Below, one piece after another: positions 31,055 to 35,309 of a DNA stretch of 35,309 bases. The DNA is taken from positions 1 through 35,309 of the forward strand of contig WJKC01000018.1 in NCBI GenBank assembly GCA_014729335.1, read 5' to 3'. The number at the start of each line of letters is the position of its first letter. Within the stretch, counting starts at the first letter, position 1. The notes below the pieces were generated by a model. It searched no databases. It was not told where the DNA came from and was given only the letters and a program-made list of their open reading frames with translations. Made by a program: the position numbers and the translations under genes. Source of the DNA: an archaeon (GTDB lineage Archaea > Nanobdellota > Nanobdellia > WJKC01).

Positions 31055-32308
31055 ATGAGGACTATAATCTTGCATGCCGGCAGGTGCGGGTGGGCTAACT
31101 GCGTGTTCTGCGGCTGGGGTAAAGAAGAAGTAAAGATTAGTGCTGACGAGTTAATCAGGGAGTTCATGAAGCAAAGAGGTGATGACGGGGTCAAGCTTTA
31201 CTGCAGCGGTTCACTATTAGACTTGGAGCAGTTTCCATTAAAATTCATCAAGCACCTTGCTAAGGAGATGCGGGGTAAAAGATTAATCATTGAGTCAAGG
31301 CCAGAGTACGTGACAAAGAAGAGCCTAAAATTATTCAAGGGCGTGCTTTTAACGGTCGCGATGGGCTTGGAAGCAGCTGATAACGAGGTGCTGAAGAAAT
31401 TAAAAAAAGGCATCACTATAGAGCAATTCGCTGATAAGGCTGCATTAATCCACGAGGTGGGTTTCAAGGTTAAGGGCTACGTGTTAGTGAACCCCCCTCA
31501 TGACTATCCTGGACTGCTTGATAAAACAGTTAGTTTTGGCAGGAAGCACTGTGACGAATTAGTATTAATTAACACTTACCCTCACAGCAGGTCAGAACTT
31601 TTTGATTACTGGCTCAGAGGCGAGTGGCAGCCGCTAAGTGAGGAGGAGTTTTACAAACTAACTGAGAAGTACAAGGACGTGCAGTTAGAGCCTAATAATT
31701 ACGCGTTCACACCTAAGTTCCCGCCTGACAAGAGGGTTGACCTTAAAGGCGTGGGTGTCGAGTTCATAAACCACCCTCACTTTAACGTGTGGCAGTACTA
31801 CCTAGCCAACCTATACAAGAAGCCTGAGCATAAAACTATTGCTTTATTCCTGCCGTGCAGTAAAAGAAAACCCTATTATAAGAGCCGGACTCACAGGTCG
31901 ATTAGGCGGATGATAACTGGTTATGAATGGTATAAGAACCTTCACCTCATTGTTATCAGCAACCCAGGCGTCATCCCAGTAGAGTTCAGTGACAAGTACC
32001 CTTTTAATGCTTATGACTGGGACGAGCGGAAAGAAACACCAGCAGTGATGAGGGAGTACATGGGGGTTAATAAGCAAAGAATAAAAAATTACTTAGAGAA
32101 TCATGAGTACGAGAAAATACTATCCTACTTCAAGCCTGAGAGCGAGAGCGGGTTAGCACTTAAGGAAGCGTGTGAAGAACTAGGGCTGGATTTAGTGAAA
32201 CTAGTTAACAAAGACTTATACTTTAAACACAAGGATAAACGCAACCCTTTAATTCACCCGTTAATGCTGAGGGCTTTCAAAAAAAGGATTAGTGAAGTGT
32301 TGTCATGA
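31055..32308 (+). CDS. arcS: fusion of a RaSEA-like radical-SAM domain and the archaeosine synthase (ArcS) catalytic domain
   Basis: N-terminal Cys cluster GRCGWANCVFCGWG (C11, C16, C19) with a TIM-barrel-like region. The C-terminal half carries an exact ArcS signature PC-x3-KPY-x2-S-x2-H (LPCSKRKPYYKSRTH, residues 267-280, nt 31853-31894). No PUA domain. Confidence 0.75.
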   Translation: MRTIILHAGRCGWANCVFCGWGKEEVKISADELIREFMKQRGDDGVKLYCSGSLLDLEQFPLKFIKHLAKEMRGKRLIIESRPEYVTKKSLKLFKGVLLTVAMGLEAADNEVLKKLKKGITIEQFADKAALIHEVGFKVKGYVLVNPPHDYPGLLDKTVSFGRKHCDELVLINTYPHSRSELFDYWLRGEWQPLSEEEFYKLTEKYKDVQLEPNNYAFTPKFPPDKRVDLKGVGVEFINHPHFNVWQYYLANLYKKPEHKTIALFLPCSKRKPYYKSRTHRSIRRMITGYEWYKNLHLIVISNPGVIPVEFSDKYPFNAYDWDERKETPAVMREYMGVNKQRIKNYLENHEYEKILSYFKPESESGLALKEACEELGLDLVKLVNKDLYFKHKDKRNPLIHPLMLRAFKKRISEVLS

Positions 32309-32802
32309 AAAAGCTATTAGTGTTAATAATAATTCTTTTAATTACTGGGTGTGTTAGTGAAAGTAATATGAAACTAAGTAGCCCGGGTTTCAAGCCTAAT
32401 AAACCAATCCCTGCCAAGTACGCCTGTCAGGGAGAGGATATTAACCCTGAATTAAATATTAGTGAGGTGCCAGAGGGTGCTGAGAGCCTGGCTTTAATAA
32501 TGGATGACCCTGACGCTCCTGGCGGGACATGGGTTCACTGGGTTGTTTGGAGCATACCAGCAGATACCAAGGTAATTAATGAAGATAGTGTTCCTGGAAC
32601 ACAGGGTGTTAATAGCTGGGGTAATAATGAGTATGGTGGTCCTTGTCCGCCTAGCGGGGAGCACAGGTACGTTTTCAAGGTGTATGCGTTAGACATTAAC
32701 CTAGACCTTGATGAAACATCAAATAAAAACGTTTTAGAGCAGGCAATGAAGGGCCACGTCCTTGCCAGCGCTGAATTAACAGGTTTATACTCTAAAGAGT
32801 AA
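32305..32802 (+). CDS. PEBP (YbhB/YbcL) family protein, predicted lipoprotein
   Basis: DDPDAPGGTWVHWVVW and GPCPPSGEHRYVFKVYALD. N-terminal signal with a lipobox-like LITGC. ATGA overlap with the preceding gene. Confidence 0.85.
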   Translation: MKKLLVLIIILLITGCVSESNMKLSSPGFKPNKPIPAKYACQGEDINPELNISEVPEGAESLALIMDDPDAPGGTWVHWVVWSIPADTKVINEDSVPGTQGVNSWGNNEYGGPCPPSGEHRYVFKVYALDINLDLDETSNKNVLEQAMKGHVLASAELTGLYSKE

Positions 32803-32901
32803 GATTTATAAACAGCAGTGGTTATTTCTTTTGTCAAGAAATGTTTAGAAAGAAATTTTCTAAACCTTATTAAATAAAAAAGACATATGGAGGTGATATA
32901 A

Positions 32902-34230
32902 ATGAAAGTACACGCGATAGGCGGTTATTCAGAGTTCGGTAGGAACATGACTGCAATAACCGTTGGTAAAGAGACAGTAATATTTGACGTTGGTATAAGC
33001 GTTGATAACATAATTAAGCTTCAGGAAAAAGGTCATGACGCTGATAAGATGTCAGCCAAAGCCTTATATGATGCAGAGGTTATACCTGATGACCGTGAAT
33101 TCTTCAAGAAGTATGGTAAGCAGGTTAAGGCGATAGTTATTAACCACGCCCACCTTGACCACGTTGCAGGCGTTGATAAGATAGCCGGCAAGTACAAGGT
33201 GCCTATTATTGGCACGGCTTTCACCCTTGAAGTGTTAAGACAGAAGCTTGGTAAGAAGAGCAGACTTCATAAAAGACTTGTCCAGTTAAACGCTAAGAGT
33301 ACGTATAAGATAACTGACAACCTTAGTGTTGAGTTCATCTACGCTACTCACAGCATACCGCAGACAGTGATGTCCTGTCTTCACTCGCCTGAGGGCAGAG
33401 TTATATACGCGGCTGATTTCAAGTTTGATGAGCACCCAGTGATTGGTCAGAAGACTGATTACAAGAGGCTCAGGGAGCTTGGCAGGAAGGGTTTAAAGTT
33501 ATTAATAACTGATGCTACGCGGGTGGACCGTGAGGGTCGCACTTATAGTGAGAGCCTTGTTAAGAACATGGTTAAGGACACTTTTGCTTTTATTAACACC
33601 AAGAATAAGGCAATAATTGTCACGACTTTTGCCAGTCACATTGGCAGGTTAAAAACGCTTGTCAGGGTTGCTAAGCAGATGAAGCGCAAACCGGTTTTTC
33701 TTGGCAGGAGCATGTTTAATTACATCAACGCTGCTGAGAGGATTGGCATCTGCAACTTCACTAATAAGGCAATGGTTGTCCATCCTAGGAAGACTAGGAG
33801 CGTCTTGAAAAGGATTGAACGCGAGGGCCGGGAGAAGTATTTTATGATAATGACGGGTCACCAGGGAGAGCCTAACAGCATGCTGGTCAGGATTAGCCAG
33901 GACTTAGTTGGTTTTAAACTGCTGCCTGAGGACCTTGTTATCTTCTGCAGCGAGACTATTCCAAGCCCAGTTAACGAGGCTAACCGTAACTTGTTGATGA
34001 AGAACTTGAAGAACAAGGGCGCGAGGATTTTTGACGAGGTCCACGTGAGCGGTCACGCAGCCAGGGAGGATATGAGGGAATTCCTTAACATGACTAAGCC
34101 GGAGCACTACGTTCCGTGCCACGGCGGTTTAATCAAGCTGAGCAGCGCGGTTAAACTAGCCACAGAACTGGGTTACACCCTTGGAGAGAACACTCACTTA
34201 CTGCAGGACAGACAAGAACTAGAAATCTAA
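32902..34230 (+). CDS. rnj: archaeal RNase J (metallo-beta-lactamase / beta-CASP ribonuclease)
   Basis: INHAHLDHVAG (HxHxDH), later ATHS and the C-terminal VSGHA...PCHG; 442 aa, typical of archaeal RNase J. Confidence 0.85.
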   Translation: MKVHAIGGYSEFGRNMTAITVGKETVIFDVGISVDNIIKLQEKGHDADKMSAKALYDAEVIPDDREFFKKYGKQVKAIVINHAHLDHVAGVDKIAGKYKVPIIGTAFTLEVLRQKLGKKSRLHKRLVQLNAKSTYKITDNLSVEFIYATHSIPQTVMSCLHSPEGRVIYAADFKFDEHPVIGQKTDYKRLRELGRKGLKLLITDATRVDREGRTYSESLVKNMVKDTFAFINTKNKAIIVTTFASHIGRLKTLVRVAKQMKRKPVFLGRSMFNYINAAERIGICNFTNKAMVVHPRKTRSVLKRIEREGREKYFMIMTGHQGEPNSMLVRISQDLVGFKLLPEDLVIFCSETIPSPVNEANRNLLMKNLKNKGARIFDEVHVSGHAAREDMREFLNMTKPEHYVPCHGGLIKLSSAVKLATELGYTLGENTHLLQDRQELEI

Positions 34231-34683
34231 GTAGTAAGTGACCCTGTTAAACTTCTCTGCTATTATTGGCTTAATCTCGGTTTCAAAGAATTCTTTGTGA
34301 CCAGAGCCAATAATATAAGAGTAAAGCCCTTCAAACTTGTTCTCTTTAATTATTCTCTCAGTATTATTTTTAATATTATCCTCACCAATGCCAATTGCCC
34401 AGAACTCTAAGTTATTCTTAATAACAAAGTCAAGAACTGTATTCACACAGGAGAAAACAATAACCCCTGTCTTACTAACATAATCTTTAATAAATTGTTC
34501 AACTGACTCGCTGCTCATCAATTCAGCCTCCAGCCCCTCATAACAGTGCATTTCAAAAAGAACCCCGCTGAGTTTATCATAAATTTTTAAAAGATAAGGC
34601 CTTAAACTAAGCTCTGGATTAGAGTGATCATTATCTGTGAAAACGCTCATTACACTCATGAATAACCCGCTGGTAAGATACAA
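34219..34683 (-). CDS. hypothetical protein
   Basis: A 154-aa ORF convergent with rnj (12-nt overlap). The start is either TTG 34683 or ATG 34659. No motif recognised. Confidence 0.4.
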   Translation of the reverse strand: MYLTSGLFMSVMSVFTDNDHSNPELSLRPYLLKIYDKLSGVLFEMHCYEGLEAELMSSESVEQFIKDYVSKTGVIVFSCVNTVLDFVIKNNLEFWAIGIGEDNIKNNTERIIKENKFEGLYSYIIGSGHKEFFETEIKPIIAEKFNRVTYYLDF

Positions 34684-34734
34684 ATATAAGCTTTTTCCTT
34701 AAGTTTATAAACTAGTTTTAAGCTTATTACCTAC

Positions 34735-35309
34735 ATGGAAGCATCAATTGAGTCTGCAGTTAAGGTAATAGGTCAGACTTATTACACCCACCTCAGGTAT
34801 TTTTTAAATAAGTTTAAAGAAAAAGTTGGGCTGGAAGGGCCATTATTCCTTGTCCACTGGGATTCTTCCTATGGCCCTGTTGTAGCTACAACTGAAAAAA
34901 ATAAGGTATTTTCAAGCAATATTAAAAGTATTAAAAAGCCAGAAAATAATGAGTATGTTTTAATTAAAAAAATAATTGGCGATCCTGAGAAATTTGACAG
35001 AGCTGTGAGCACAGTGCTTGATATGGAGTCCATGATGCCTGAAGAGTATAATCTCTCATTAATAAAGGATAATAAAACCATCTTATTTCATAAGTTTGAG
35101 TCAGAAAACCATGGTTCAAGAGGGGGTAAAGAATTATTCCTGCTTATTTATATAACTGAAAAGCCCTCTCCTAAGAGGATAAGTAAAATCAAAAAAGCAG
35201 CTAAACTGTTGAATGAAGAGTTTCTAGAAAAATATTTCAAGATTTTCAAAAAAGAAGGCAATAATACTTATGTTATTAATGAAGAATTTATTGAAGAGTT
35301 TTTGAATAA
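34735..35309 (+). CDS. hypothetical protein, 3'-truncated by the window end (possible longin/roadblock-like fold)
   Basis: ATG 34735 is open through 35309: MEASIESAVKVIGQTYY...LFLVHWDSSYGPVVATTE...LFLLIYITEK... It is missing from the ORF track because no stop is reached. The antisense ORF 34869-35081 is its shadow. Confidence 0.55.
   Translation, partial: MEASIESAVKVIGQTYYTHLRYFLNKFKEKVGLEGPLFLVHWDSSYGPVVATTEKNKVFSSNIKSIKKPENNEYVLIKKIIGDPEKFDRAVSTVLDMESMMPEEYNLSLIKDNKTILFHKFESENHGSRGGKELFLLIYITEKPSPKRISKIKKAAKLLNEEFLEKYFKIFKKEGNNTYVINEEFIEEFLN

Noticed and set aside
548-34122. Many 60-125-aa ORFs in the supplied track lie antisense to or inside longer genes. Examples: 548-880, 1193-1417, 5515-5856, 6183-6428, 6416-6616, 11264-11446, 11674-11859, 11875-12081, 12678-13052, 14421-14771, 16852-17040, 17505-17741, 18074-18331, 18508-18816, 19772-20035, 20420-20797, 21409-21657, 21678-21884, 21790-22011, 24160-24348, 24342-24578, 25732-25944, 25741-25974, 25948-26136, 29202-29384, 30991-31194, 31198-31467, 31844-32077, 32535-32837, 33033-33224, 33649-33861 and 33904-34122.
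   Set aside because: Each is fully overlapped by a longer ORF on the other strand or in another frame that has clear family motifs. Their translations are low-complexity or Ser/Leu/Pro-rich shadow sequences without motifs, promoters or SD sites.
34869-35081. A 70-aa minus-strand ORF near the window end.
   Set aside because: It is antisense to a longer + strand frame (34735 to window end, 191+ codons) that has a well-placed TATA and a protein-like sequence. The + frame is absent from the track only because it lacks a stop inside the window.

Overview
Dense, low-GC archaeal chromosomal segment with about 55 genes, one 5S rRNA and one tRNA-Gly(UCC). No CRISPR array, transposase or integrase was seen. 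First genes of transcription units have an A/T-rich BRE/TATA (AAAGGTTT(T)TATTA or CTTAAAAA) about 25-30 nt upstream of the start codon, so they are leaderless or nearly so. Operon-internal genes overlap their neighbours (ATGA or GTGA) or follow GGAGG-type Shine-Dalgarno sites. Housekeeping genes: uS2, GlyRS, TrmJ, RNase J, a PAC2 proteasome chaperone, and the archaeosine module (arcTGT plus a fused RaSEA-ArcS gene). Main accessory content: (1) a 205-aa microbial rhodopsin with the schizorhodopsin-type F-S-E helix-C motif, convergent with TspO; (2) two diverged copies of a five-gene cassette (nucleoside phosphorylase, ECF S component, EcfT, EcfA1, EcfA2). Both copies share a near-identical 66-nt promoter/5' segment. 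One copy continues into a PfkB kinase and an HD hydrolase, suggesting a dedicated nucleoside uptake and salvage system; (3) several eukaryote-like small proteins: a Rab-like GTPase, a minimal Ssu72-like CX5R phosphatase, a SAP/HeH-like extension on uS2, and an 8-Cys RING-like zinc finger; (4) a block of uncharacterised genes: a 322-aa internally duplicated protein, a divergent metallophosphoesterase and three small membrane proteins; (5) non-coding signals: a structured ncRNA candidate, a GC-rich hairpin repeat family, a 91-bp tandem duplication and a 22-bp palindrome. The lineage cannot be fixed from this window. Short proteins suggest a small-genome (DPANN-like) archaeon, while the schizorhodopsin and eukaryote-like domains suggest Asgard affinity. 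All calls come from reading motifs by eye; no database search was run.
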